Source of the DNA: a virus
Lineage: Duplodnaviria > Caudoviricetes
Direction: 5' to 3' (one strand)
Virus record (IMG/VR): IMGVR_UViG_3300027810_000010
Span: 892-64,891 of that record
DNA: 64,000 nucleotides
The position numbers and the translations under genes are program-made. How positions within the stretch are numbered: the stretch's first letter is position 1; each line of letters starts with the position of its first letter. The notes beneath the pieces are model-generated. The model was not told where the DNA came from, searched no databases, and worked only from the letters and a program-made list of their open reading frames with translations. Below, piece after piece: positions 39,304 to 49,379 of this stretch.

Positions 39304-41292
39304 TTATCTTAAAATATCGTATTCAAACGTTTTGTTTACTTCATCTATACATACTATTTCTATATAAGGTTGGTTACTTAATAATATGGATGCAGGAATG
39401 TTGATTTTTTCAGACCAACCTCCTTTTTTATCAGTCCATACTGAAATAGAGTGCGTAGATAAATCTTTAATTTTATCTTTGAAAGATACTCTAACTACTT
39501 GGCCTTTTTTCCAAGAAGACACAGTATCGTCTAAGTATATATTTAGGTTAGAATCAAAGCTCTCGTTATAATCAGTGTAAATTCTAATTAAATTATCGAA
39601 CGGCTTAACTCGTTGCCATACTGCTTTAGTTCCAGATTCACTCGGCAAGAATGGAGCATTTTTAGAAATTACTCTTTCATTCATACTGCCAATTGTGTCA
39701 TACACATAAGATTGTCCTATGCTATAACCAAAGTTAGTATTATTAATTTTAACTTTACCGTTACTAGATTTGTCTATAGATACACCAGTGTTACCCGGTT
39801 GTAATACATCTGTATTATATTGTATCTCTGCTGGGATTGTTCCAGCGATGACCTGATTCAATCTAGAGTTGGTATTTGTTATAATATCTAATAGAGATCT
39901 TTCATCTTGAAAATTAAGTGTTGCATTTTCTAAGTCAGATTGCATTGAATCTAATCTTTTAGAAATTCCTTGTAAATTGTCAGAAGTTAAAAAGAAACTT
40001 TCTAACATTTCCACCTTTTCAGATATCTTATTATATCTCTTATTTGCATCTTTTAATAATTGCACTGCATTCTCCAAAGTACTTGTAGTATCTAGGAAAA
40101 TGTCCATGGAAAATGTAGAATAATCATTAATATTCTTTTCCACTCCAACATTATCTAAAGAAGAGTTGAATTTAAGATTTAACTTTAATGCGAATGCATT
40201 ACCATTAAGTCCCGTTATTTCATTAGGCTTATATTTTGTAAGCTCAGGAATATACCATCCATCATTCGATGTATCTTCTTTCCAGTTATCTAATATAATT
40301 ATACCGTATAAATTGGTAGCTTTATTACCCACTGTTGATTTAGAATATAAATCATAGTAAACTAATATAGCATTAAATCTAAAATCACCACCTCTTCTAG
40401 AATAATCTAAAAGTGTATTTAATTCCGGATCATCTATTATCTTAGCGTATGCTTCTGCATTCCAATCGATTCCAATAGCAGGGACCTCAACAGGATTGAC
40501 ATTGTATGTTCCGTCGTCTTGATCTGTGTAGCTTTCAACATTCATGAAAGGATCAGGATGCACATAATCTGGAGTTCTACCTTCAACGGATTCTCCAGGA
40601 ACGAACTTAGTATTGTTAGTATTGTAATTAGTAGCTTTAAGTAAAATTTCAGGAGTATACCCTACAGAAGAAGGAACGTTAACAAATATTTCATTGTATT
40701 GTTGTCCTTGATAATTCTTATCGTTAGTTACATCTATGTTTCCAACGTATTTTATAATTTTACTATATTCAGAACCAGACTGAAGTGAATCATCTAATTC
40801 TATCATTCTAGAATATCCGGTTGAAACTTCCTGTGAATTCGCACTTCTAACTCTCATTGCATTTATGTGATAAAGATATTTAAAGAATATCTTTTCTGCA
40901 TCTGATTGATATATTACATCATCAAAATCATCGTTAGTTTCTGGATTAAGTAACATGTTCTCTAAATTAAGAGCATATCCTTGAAGAGTTCTAGTAAAAT
41001 GAACATTACCATTTCCGTCATGTAAAGTGTCATTATATGAATCGGCTCCTGCACCACCTCCACCTTCGAATAATCGAGTGTAGTCTATATAGTTAGGTCC
41101 CGTATACGTGTCGTCATCGGGATCAGATTGTATCGAATCTGCATAAACCGGTAGGTCTATCAGAGCGAACTTTGAAAATTCAAAGTTCATGTCCGGATTA
41201 TAATATGCACGTGTCAAATCTCTTGCTGCACTAGCAAAAGCATACATCGTACCTCCCTGTTCCTGTGGAATCCTTATTAGTGGTGTAGCCAT
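39304..41292 (-). CDS. Putative virion structural protein
   Basis: MATPLIR...GGTMYAF.SA N-terminus, F.FNAILVYYD and NLYGI motifs, coiled coil. Confidence 0.6.
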   Translation of the reverse strand: MATPLIRIPQEQGGTMYAFASAARDLTRAYYNPDMNFEFSKFALIDLPVYADSIQSDPDDDTYTGPNYIDYTRLFEGGGGAGADSYNDTLHDGNGNVHFTRTLQGYALNLENMLLNPETNDDFDDVIYQSDAEKIFFKYLYHINAMRVRSANSQEVSTGYSRMIELDDSLQSGSEYSKIIKYVGNIDVTNDKNYQGQQYNEIFVNVPSSVGYTPEILLKATNYNTNNTKFVPGESVEGRTPDYVHPDPFMNVESYTDQDDGTYNVNPVEVPAIGIDWNAEAYAKIIDDPELNTLLDYSRRGGDFRFNAILVYYDLYSKSTVGNKATNLYGIIILDNWKEDTSNDGWYIPELTKYKPNEITGLNGNAFALKLNLKFNSSLDNVGVEKNINDYSTFSMDIFLDTTSTLENAVQLLKDANKRYNKISEKVEMLESFFLTSDNLQGISKRLDSMQSDLENATLNFQDERSLLDIITNTNSRLNQVIAGTIPAEIQYNTDVLQPGNTGVSIDKSSNGKVKINNTNFGYSIGQSYVYDTIGSMNERVISKNAPFLPSESGTKAVWQRVKPFDNLIRIYTDYNESFDSNLNIYLDDTVSSWKKGQVVRVSFKDKIKDLSTHSISVWTDKKGGWSEKINIPASILLSNQPYIEIVCIDEVNKTFEYDILR

Positions 41293-41315
41293 CTAATTAT
41301 TAGTTTTTATTTTAA

Positions 41316-41873
41316 TTACGATATCGTGGCCTTAAAAGAACCAACAATATACCATTTACCATTTCCTGAATCGTCTCCTAATAAAGAGATAGAACCGCTA
41401 GTGTCAACTGAAATTACAGTAGCTCCGTGAACCTCTCCTGTTAAAGAGATAGTAAAACCAGCTGCATTAGATGAAACTATAGTTAATAACTGTCCAGATG
41501 CACTTGCTCCTAATGTAATAGAACCTGTTCCCGTATAGTTATATGCACCTAGTGAAGGTGTACTTGTAGGGAATGTTAAGGTATCTCCAAACGAAGTTAA
41601 TAAAGTTTTCTCTAAGGTAACTACTTTTTGAAAAACTGCAGGAACTCCTGCGGTTAAAGTCGTAGATGTTACATTAAACGTACTTAATGAGCCATTCGTT
41701 AATGAAATACTTCCTGCACTAATTAATCCCGTTAATGATAGTGTAGAGTTTGTCGTGTCAAGGACATTCGCAATATAACCTAATTCTTCATTGACGTTAT
41801 CAAAGTTGTCGTTGATAGTAAGTCTAGATGATGAAAGGCTGTGCGTTCCTAAGATTGTTGTAATACTTGCCAT
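41316..41873 (-). CDS. Short fibre/baseplate-associated protein
   Basis: S/T/G-rich; N-terminal SRLTINDNF resembles the fibre anchor motif; C-terminal KWYIVG. Confidence 0.55.
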   Translation of the reverse strand: MASITTILGTHSLSSSRLTINDNFDNVNEELGYIANVLDTTNSTLSLTGLISAGSISLTNGSLSTFNVTSTTLTAGVPAVFQKVVTLEKTLLTSFGDTLTFPTSTPSLGAYNYTGTGSITLGASASGQLLTIVSSNAAGFTISLTGEVHGATVISVDTSGSISLLGDDSGNGKWYIVGSFKATIS

Positions 41874-44654
41874 TTATTTAATTGTTAAGATATTTTTCTT
41901 TGTTATGTTTCTATTTCCGTTAACATCAGTCAATTCAAGCTCAACCGTGTATTCTCCTTTTTCGTCGAATAAGTATGTTAGCCACTGATTATCATAATAT
42001 ATATCTTCTTTATTTATGCTATTATTTATCAACCTCCATTTCTGAGAGACAATACCTGGCATTTCACTTATATCATATGAAAATGTCATGTGATTAAGAA
42101 GACTAATTTTTTCGTGATCCTGTATAGTATATGCATCATTGTAGTTAGGATTATACACCTGGTACTTTACAAATGATGATGGATTTATTGTTCCTGTCGT
42201 AGATGTAACGTTATGGAAATCATAACTTTCGTTAGCTTGTTTTGAAACAACCAACATATAATTACATACATCTGCTCCATTAAAACCGTTCGTTATATTG
42301 TTGTCAGTATCGACATACACTGGATTCCAATTAAACTTAGTAAATATAGGCCATTGATTTGCATTAAGAGAATTTAATTCTAGTTTAATGTTTTCCCATG
42401 CAACAAAATCAGTATTCGTAGTCGGATACGTTGAAGTTGGGAAATATGTTTCAAATATTTCAAGCCCTGTGAAAGTGTCAATTTGTGAAATAGTAATAGA
42501 ACCATTCAAGGAACCTGCTAATTCAACTTTAAACGAGGAATTTAAATCAGGGCCTATTCTAGTTTGGTTCCAGCTAGTGCTGTCTCCGTCTTTCCATGTG
42601 TGTTTTCTTAATGATTTCCACTGATATGGTCCTGTGGTTTCATTGAAACCTGTTAAAGTATTAGAATCCGCAAATCTTCTTACAACTGAAAATTCTTTAC
42701 CTTCTTCATCATCATTTAAATAATTTGCTCTATCTGACGATAAATAGTATGTAGAAATTGAATCTTCAACCAGACTTAAGTTTTCTCTTCCGTATTCCCA
42801 TGAAGAACCTGCTTCATTCCATTTATATTTATAATCTGACCAATTTAATTCCGGCGTTAACTTTTGATATAATCCGTATATTTGAATGTTCTTAGATTCA
42901 ACTGTTATTTTTCTATTGAACGAAATACTCCTAACATTATATAGATCCCAAAATGCAGCATCTATTGAATATTCTCCGCTATACGGTAATATTAAAGGTA
43001 GGGTATACCATTCGTCAATAGGTCCTCTGATTGTTTTCTTAAATTTTCTAGGGCCAGTTATTATCCATTCAACTTCATATACGCTTCTTTTCCACCAATC
43101 GTCCCATGTCAAATATGGATCTTGTAGAGTAGACTGTCCATTTGAATGTAAAACATTCGCGTCGCTATCTGTGTCGTTTGCATCTATGAATGTGAATTCT
43201 GCGTCATCCCATGTATCTTTCAATGAAGTAGCTCTAAGAACAATAGGTGCTCCAACTGGAATACCTGCTATAGTGTTATGTGAAGACATATCTTCATCGT
43301 GGTATGACTTATAAAATTTAGTAATAGATTCTTCTATCTCGTTTCTATTTGTCTTATCAAACACTCTGATGTCTTGTTTGAATCCTTTCAATCTATGATC
43401 TACTTTTCTTAAATCTTCTAAATATATTGTTTTGATTTCGGGTAGAATATCATAGTGAACATCCTGACCTGCCGTTTGTGCATGTATTTGATGCTGATTA
43501 CTCCATGTTCTTTGGCTTACACTATCAAAATAATCACCTTCACCTGTAATGTCTACGATCTTAGCTTGTAACGGTAAATATTCTCTTTGTAGCTTTCTCT
43601 TAAGAGCATACAATTTTATTAGTATTTCATCGGGTGAAAAGTCAGATACTTCCTCAACTTCCGGTAAATCAAATTCGTTTAATTTTCCAGTGGGAGTATT
43701 TAACCTATATGCTAATGAAAACCTAGAAGTCTTCTTTTGATTTGAACTAGGCAGGTTTGTATTCCTACTTTTCTTAGCTAAAAAACCTACCTCAGTTTGA
43801 TTAGGAACTGCAACTGCAATTAATTTACCAAAGGACTCGGCCTTTTCATTTATATTTAACCAATATTCTCTAAGGGATACATTACTGTATCCGAAGAAAT
43901 CTATTACATTTAATAGTGCTTTATACGTTCCAATAAATGGCTTTATAGTAGATGCCTGTAATAACAGTTCTTTTCTTTTTTCATTTAATAGAATATAATC
44001 AACTCCAAGATCCTTAATGTCAGAATCTCTAAATATTAGATAATCGTTTTCATCTAAATTAAGAGCCATGTTCGTTAAAAGATCTTTAAGCCTGTCATCT
44101 TCTCCTACTGTTTCACCATATACTTTTATTTCAGCGACTTTAGTTTTAACTCCATCTTCTTCTACACTAACAATAAGAGTTCTAATGTGGAATTTCTCAT
44201 CACTTGAACTTAATGCAATATTTGCAATACAAGAAGATGGTTGCAAGGCTGCCATATTTAATGGAATAATCTTAAAACCATCACTGTCTATTGCACCACT
44301 ATATTTAGTCTTTGACTGCATTAAACTACTTTGAGTCTTATCTACTACCACTTCAAAGTCATTTTCAACGATCTTTCCACTGTAAAGAAATATATCATCA
44401 CTTGATGTATACTCACTTACAAATTCAAATGTTATTTTTGCAGAGTCAGTATTAGCTCCAATAGGCTGAACAAATCTGGGATTATTTAAATCATCCCTAA
44501 CTTCCTCTAAAACATATAAGTTTAAAGTTTCATAAAGGCCTACAGATACTTCAGGTAGAAATGAACTACCTGTTAAATATCCTAATGACGAATTATACGT
44601 TAAGTTTAATTCGTTAGATGTATTGTCAAAAAATCTAAGATTTTGATATGCCAT
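41874..44654 (-). CDS. Putative baseplate wedge protein (gp7/tail-I-like) with C-terminal PKD-like domain
   Basis: IGTYKALLNVIDFFGY and YLPLQAKIVDITGE motifs; TYLFDEKGEYTVELELTD.NGN; lies near the gp6-like gene. Confidence 0.6.
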   Translation of the reverse strand: MAYQNLRFFDNTSNELNLTYNSSLGYLTGSSFLPEVSVGLYETLNLYVLEEVRDDLNNPRFVQPIGANTDSAKITFEFVSEYTSSDDIFLYSGKIVENDFEVVVDKTQSSLMQSKTKYSGAIDSDGFKIIPLNMAALQPSSCIANIALSSSDEKFHIRTLIVSVEEDGVKTKVAEIKVYGETVGEDDRLKDLLTNMALNLDENDYLIFRDSDIKDLGVDYILLNEKRKELLLQASTIKPFIGTYKALLNVIDFFGYSNVSLREYWLNINEKAESFGKLIAVAVPNQTEVGFLAKKSRNTNLPSSNQKKTSRFSLAYRLNTPTGKLNEFDLPEVEEVSDFSPDEILIKLYALKRKLQREYLPLQAKIVDITGEGDYFDSVSQRTWSNQHQIHAQTAGQDVHYDILPEIKTIYLEDLRKVDHRLKGFKQDIRVFDKTNRNEIEESITKFYKSYHDEDMSSHNTIAGIPVGAPIVLRATSLKDTWDDAEFTFIDANDTDSDANVLHSNGQSTLQDPYLTWDDWWKRSVYEVEWIITGPRKFKKTIRGPIDEWYTLPLILPYSGEYSIDAAFWDLYNVRSISFNRKITVESKNIQIYGLYQKLTPELNWSDYKYKWNEAGSSWEYGRENLSLVEDSISTYYLSSDRANYLNDDEEGKEFSVVRRFADSNTLTGFNETTGPYQWKSLRKHTWKDGDSTSWNQTRIGPDLNSSFKVELAGSLNGSITISQIDTFTGLEIFETYFPTSTYPTTNTDFVAWENIKLELNSLNANQWPIFTKFNWNPVYVDTDNNITNGFNGADVCNYMLVVSKQANESYDFHNVTSTTGTINPSSFVKYQVYNPNYNDAYTIQDHEKISLLNHMTFSYDISEMPGIVSQKWRLINNSINKEDIYYDNQWLTYLFDEKGEYTVELELTDVNGNRNITKKNILTIK

Positions 44655-44656
44655 TA

Positions 44657-44926
44657 TTATCTAATTTTTTTATCATTCTTTTTCATAGTATACGACTTAT
44701 GAATTTTTAAATGATTAACTGCGTCTACAAGATCTGCTAAAACTTCTTGAGAAAATTTAATAAAATCACTCATTCTAGAATTTCTCCAAATATGAGGAGA
44801 TATTGAATTTTTAAGCATATTAGATCTATAGTCGTTACCTAAATTCTTTCTATCATCGAATGCTGTTTTCCTAGATTCGTATAGATTCTTTCTTCTACTT
44901 TTAAATAGATTATCAAATAAATTCAT
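44657..44926 (-). CDS. Hypothetical baseplate-associated protein
   Basis: 89-aa ORF tightly packed between baseplate genes. Confidence 0.6.
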   Translation of the reverse strand: MNLFDNLFKSRRKNLYESRKTAFDDRKNLGNDYRSNMLKNSISPHIWRNSRMSDFIKFSQEVLADLVDAVNHLKIHKSYTMKKNDKKIR

Positions 44927-46747
44927 TTAATATTGTTTTCTATTTTTAGCCTGTATTTTAGCAAATATTGTATTCTTTACGGCCGGTTCATCGAAATAAA
45001 CAGACATAGCTGCTTGTTCTCCTAGCTTTACAGAATCATCAACTCTTAATCCAAACCTATCTTCCCATCCACCTCGTATTAGTGCAATTTCTTCTTTTTC
45101 AAGAAGTATATCTCCGAAAGAATCTAAGTTTATTACATTCTCAGGAAGAGCTGCTCCTTCTTCAAATTTAACTTGTTTCTCAGTAACCGTTCTTTTAAAG
45201 TAAACCATTTTTTGTTTACCATTTGAAATTTCCTCTAACACAGGTGTCATTGGAGTTACAGTCACGGTCTTAGAAATATAATATCCGTTTTTTCTAGCAG
45301 TTTCTTCTTTTTCTGAAACAAATCTAATATTAACCGAATCTATTCCTTCAATTGATTCTATGATTGCTATAATGTCTGATTTTGGAAGACGATCTCTTCT
45401 TGTTATATTGATTAAGTATTCTGCGACTCTAGATCTTATCTCAGTAAATAGATTAGCTTTATGATATCCTTCAAAATATCTTACTTTAATATCCATTCTA
45501 AAATATTGTGCAACTGGATCTACTATTTTCACTTCAGTAGTTACCATCTGCCTTCCCGACTTTTCTAAAAGTCCAAGTATTCCTTCTTTTTCTATTTCAG
45601 TAAAAAGAAATTCAGAAGAATCTAAACTAAAATAATCTTTATTATTTTGTAACTTCTTTTTAGTATCTGGCAACATAAACAAATAGATAACATTATCATC
45701 ATCTAAATATCCGTCATCTGTTGTGTTATATGCATCTAAATATGAAAACATTCCATATCTTGATAAAAAATGTTCATAATTATCAGGTGTAGCTAATACA
45801 AAAGAGTGTGATTGTAGAGGAGCTATTAATTTTGTTAATTCAATCTGTTCAGGGTTTGCTCCCATCATCGGAGTAACTGTAAATTTACTTTCTAACAATG
45901 CATTAAGGTCGTGTGTATTTCCTAAAGAATCAGTTCCTTCTGTTTCGAATTTAAATGTAAGATCTGTTTTACCATTTAAATTACCCATGGCACCTTCATT
46001 TTTTAAATATTCTACGACGATAGATGCTCCATTCATTGGAATTTCACCAAATGAACCATTACCGAAATAAATATCTAAACCACCTGTAATTCCAGTCTTT
46101 ACCATATAACCCTGAGTTCCTCTTTTCATATCGTATAGAGAATCATATTTAGTCCATATACTAGAATTAATAGTAACTCTTACGAGTGAATGATCAGTTA
46201 TTCCTTTAGTTATTATATTAAAGGATTGAAATGATTCTCCAGTTGAAGTAACTGTCTGTGATTCAAATTCACCTTGAACTACAGGGATTGTTATAAACCC
46301 AGAATTAGATTTTTCTAATCTAAACTGGTCGTTATTTGTTCTTAGGGTGTAAACTAATGAATTATCATTTGATTTGATAGTAGCATTAGCAGGAATGTTT
46401 AAGGCATCTCCGGCTATATCATCTGTTCCCATCGTATTTAATCTAATCTCTATTTCACCAGAAGCGGCAGCTCCTCTAAATGAATCATGTCCAGCCAATC
46501 TCGCTAATCCGTAAATAGATTCAGGATTTTGTGCTGTCAGTATATTTTGCTCTACTGTTGCGTCTTCTATATAAAAGAATATTAATTTGGATATTTGAGA
46601 TAATACATCTAATACCTGTGAAAAGGGAGATGCTGTAGTAAATAAGGTACCTGCGTTACCATATATTCTACTAACATACGTTCTAATGTCCGATATCATT
46701 TCTCCAGTTTTTATTCTAGAAGCTGATAAAAATTTATTTTCTGCCAT
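44927..46747 (-). CDS. Baseplate wedge subunit (T4 gp6 / BaseplateJ-like)
   Basis: EQNILTAQNPESIYGLARLAGH, IPVVQG, IYFGNGSFGEIP..GA.IVVEYL, GANPE, ATPDNYE. Confidence 0.85.
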   Translation of the reverse strand: MAENKFLSASRIKTGEMISDIRTYVSRIYGNAGTLFTTASPFSQVLDVLSQISKLIFFYIEDATVEQNILTAQNPESIYGLARLAGHDSFRGAAASGEIEIRLNTMGTDDIAGDALNIPANATIKSNDNSLVYTLRTNNDQFRLEKSNSGFITIPVVQGEFESQTVTSTGESFQSFNIITKGITDHSLVRVTINSSIWTKYDSLYDMKRGTQGYMVKTGITGGLDIYFGNGSFGEIPMNGASIVVEYLKNEGAMGNLNGKTDLTFKFETEGTDSLGNTHDLNALLESKFTVTPMMGANPEQIELTKLIAPLQSHSFVLATPDNYEHFLSRYGMFSYLDAYNTTDDGYLDDDNVIYLFMLPDTKKKLQNNKDYFSLDSSEFLFTEIEKEGILGLLEKSGRQMVTTEVKIVDPVAQYFRMDIKVRYFEGYHKANLFTEIRSRVAEYLINITRRDRLPKSDIIAIIESIEGIDSVNIRFVSEKEETARKNGYYISKTVTVTPMTPVLEEISNGKQKMVYFKRTVTEKQVKFEEGAALPENVINLDSFGDILLEKEEIALIRGGWEDRFGLRVDDSVKLGEQAAMSVYFDEPAVKNTIFAKIQAKNRKQY

Positions 46748-46763
46748 TGTTATTTCTATTTCT

Positions 46764-47117
46764 TTATACGTAAACTCCTAATTGATATTTATTATCAATT
46801 ATTATGTTTATGAAAACCAGGTGCCTGTCTACTTCTTGTGTGAAATCTACATCAACTGATAGTTGATATTTTTGTGCAAGTGGAACATATTGATATATTT
46901 GTTCCATTACTACGTTTTTTAATAAGTAATCATTGTAACTTAGTGAATATACGTAATCATTCAAATTGGCTCCAAAGTCAGGATCTCCTAATACATCTCC
47001 TTTTCTTGTGAAAAGAACCGTTTCGATCTGCGCTAACATACCGGAAATTTCAGTTGAATTTTCCAATTTTAAGGGGTCGAAATTAGGATCACCTAATGTT
47101 TTAATATAAAATTCCAT
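46764..47117 (-). CDS. Baseplate sheath-initiator (gp25-like)
   Basis: VLFTRKGDVLGDPDFGANL.DY motif; GAATATATA at 47123-47131. Confidence 0.85.
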   Translation of the reverse strand: MEFYIKTLGDPNFDPLKLENSTEISGMLAQIETVLFTRKGDVLGDPDFGANLNDYVYSLSYNDYLLKNVVMEQIYQYVPLAQKYQLSVDVDFTQEVDRHLVFINIIIDNKYQLGVYV

Positions 47118-47133
47118 TAAACTATATATTCTT

Positions 47134-47964
47134 TTAAGAATGCATCATCCAATCAGTGCCTTCATCATTTTTAATTTCTTCTATAACTGCTTCTAATTCT
47201 CCTTCACCAAGACCTTGTATAGCATCTGCATTAACTTCTACATTTCCAGGAAGTGCAAATCCAAATATACTTAATTTCTGTCCTAGTGAAATTTTAATCT
47301 TAGCTGCACAGTATCTAAAAAAAGCTTCATCTTCAAATAATGCGCATTCAGGAATAGTTTCATATACTTCTAAAATTATATTCTTATTAGGAGTTTCACC
47401 CGTAAATCTTATTTCATGGGTTAATTGGTTATAGTGATACCCTATTGGGTTTTCTAAGATTTGCCTAGCAAGATCAAAAAAGCTTTCGTTTACGACATAA
47501 TATTGTAAATTTTCTGCAGCATCAACTACTCCATCTCCGGAGAACATTCCAGTATATAACATTCTGTCAATCGCAAAATCTCCTTGTGAGAAATTAGAAT
47601 CAGATCCAGCGTATTTTGATCCTGTTTCGAAACAACCATATACCGAATATACTTCACCTCCACCAGTAGCGGCATCCATTCCTGGAAGTGTAAATGATCT
47701 TTTAGTTTTAAAGTATTCTGATGAAAATAATTCAACAGGTAACACTACAAAGTTTTCTTTCATAGAATACTCATAGTTCTTATAAAACCATTTCTTCGCT
47801 CTTTTAACTATTCTCTGAACCTCTGCCTTAGGAAGGTTCATAGGGATCATACATGACCCTGTTACTTCAGATGCTAGTTCATCAACAAAATTATTAAAAC
47901 ATTCCGTATCCCAACTAGGAACACTTGTCATGTCATTTTCATTACCAATTATTATATCACTCAT
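47134..47964 (-). CDS. Neck/head-completion protein (gp13-like)
   Basis: RYCAAKIKISLGQKLS.F...LPGNVEVNAD.I...GE.EL C-terminus typical of gp13. Confidence 0.75.
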   Translation of the reverse strand: MSDIIIGNENDMTSVPSWDTECFNNFVDELASEVTGSCMIPMNLPKAEVQRIVKRAKKWFYKNYEYSMKENFVVLPVELFSSEYFKTKRSFTLPGMDAATGGGEVYSVYGCFETGSKYAGSDSNFSQGDFAIDRMLYTGMFSGDGVVDAAENLQYYVVNESFFDLARQILENPIGYHYNQLTHEIRFTGETPNKNIILEVYETIPECALFEDEAFFRYCAAKIKISLGQKLSIFGFALPGNVEVNADAIQGLGEGELEAVIEEIKNDEGTDWMMHS

Positions 47965-47979
47965 ATTGTTTTATTGTTT

Positions 47980-49275
47980 TTAAACTTCAGTGTAAAGTAT
48001 TTTTTCTGTCTTATCGAACTTTGCAGTTCTTTTATCGTATCTACCCATTCTAAATATACCGCCTGTCATAGAACCTTTCATAAGTCCGTTTCCGTATATA
48101 TAGCAATCGTTTAATTTACATGATTGATGAACGTATGAACTTTCTAATTTAGATGAATTTAATTGCGTGGATTGATAGAAATTACTAGAATGTATATCAG
48201 AGCCATTGACATCACATCCAAAGAAATCACACTCAGTGAATTCTCCTCTGACATAACATCTTACGAATTCATAACCTCTAAGATCTACACAATACGGCAA
48301 TCTACCACCCTCAATTTGAATCATACCATTATCTGAATCATAATTAATATGACCGGATTCTAATTCTCCATGTGAAAATAATCTTAAAACCCTCTCTTTT
48401 ATATTAGACCAATGCATGTCTATAATCTGTGGAGTGTCTTTAAGATCAACTGTTAATTTAACCTTACCTGACCATCCTTTTTCAATACTTTTCCAAGATG
48501 ATCTTGCATTAATGATCCTCTCATTACTTGCTAATATTTTTCTAAGTTCTATTGCATGTAATGGATCAAACGAAGTATTCTCAGTGCTTTTCCATAGTTG
48601 CATAAGAAACATATCAAGTAGATGTAATATTTTAGTAGTCTTTTTCTCCCAGTCTTTTCCACCAATATATCTAAATTCTAAATAATTGTTATGTCTTTTT
48701 TCAAAATTAACTCCATAATATTTAGAATCTGGAAATGTAAATGCAAGTGGAGTAATATTTAATCCATCAAAAAAGAAATTATCAGACTTAGGCAATACGA
48801 ACTTAATTGATTTTGCGTATGCAGAGTCTTTTCTTTCTGGAAAAAACTTAAAAACTTGAGCTTCTTTAAAATCTAAAATAAACTTAAGAACATTCATCTT
48901 AGAGATTCTGTATTTATTTTCTATAAGATTTTTATCAAATGAAATATTCAAGTGAATGGAAGATCTATCATTTGTATATCCATTTTCTTCAATCCACTTA
49001 CATACTTTAATAATCATCATCCTACTAGAATAATAGGGAACTGCGCCTGTTACGAGTTCCATTAGCTTCTCGCCACCGCTCATATCAGGTTCAATCTTAA
49101 ATTCATCAGCTGTTACTTCAAAATCACTATGTGCCTTTGCCTCTACTCTAATTTTCTTACCTAAAAGAATCGATATTTCTTTCGCAGTATCTTCAATACT
49201 TTTGTTAGAATAGAATTCAAATTCTACCCCGACAAGAGCTTTCTTTAATACTTCTGAATCGTTGAATGTGTTCAT
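47980..49275 (-). CDS. Amidoligase (COOH-NH2 ligase) with C-terminal beta-helix-like repeats
   Basis: GVEFEF, D-x-S, ELVT, SSIHLNIS, KYYGVNF, YLEFR; GATATATA at 49304-49311. Confidence 0.75.
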   Translation of the reverse strand: MNTFNDSEVLKKALVGVEFEFYSNKSIEDTAKEISILLGKKIRVEAKAHSDFEVTADEFKIEPDMSGGEKLMELVTGAVPYYSSRMMIIKVCKWIEENGYTNDRSSIHLNISFDKNLIENKYRISKMNVLKFILDFKEAQVFKFFPERKDSAYAKSIKFVLPKSDNFFFDGLNITPLAFTFPDSKYYGVNFEKRHNNYLEFRYIGGKDWEKKTTKILHLLDMFLMQLWKSTENTSFDPLHAIELRKILASNERIINARSSWKSIEKGWSGKVKLTVDLKDTPQIIDMHWSNIKERVLRLFSHGELESGHINYDSDNGMIQIEGGRLPYCVDLRGYEFVRCYVRGEFTECDFFGCDVNGSDIHSSNFYQSTQLNSSKLESSYVHQSCKLNDCYIYGNGLMKGSMTGGIFRMGRYDKRTAKFDKTEKILYTEV

Positions 49276-49332
49276 TTACGTGTTTATATAACTTAAGTTG
49301 GTTTATATATCTTTCTTAGATATTCTTCCAAA

Positions 49333-49358
49333 TAAAAAAAGCCCGGTCAAGACCGGGC
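49333..49358 (-). terminator. Rho-independent terminator after the S1 gene
   Basis: GCCCGGTC-TT-GACCGGGC stem followed by T7 on the minus strand. Confidence 0.8.
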
Positions 49359-49379
49359 TTATCTATAATTAATTCAATA

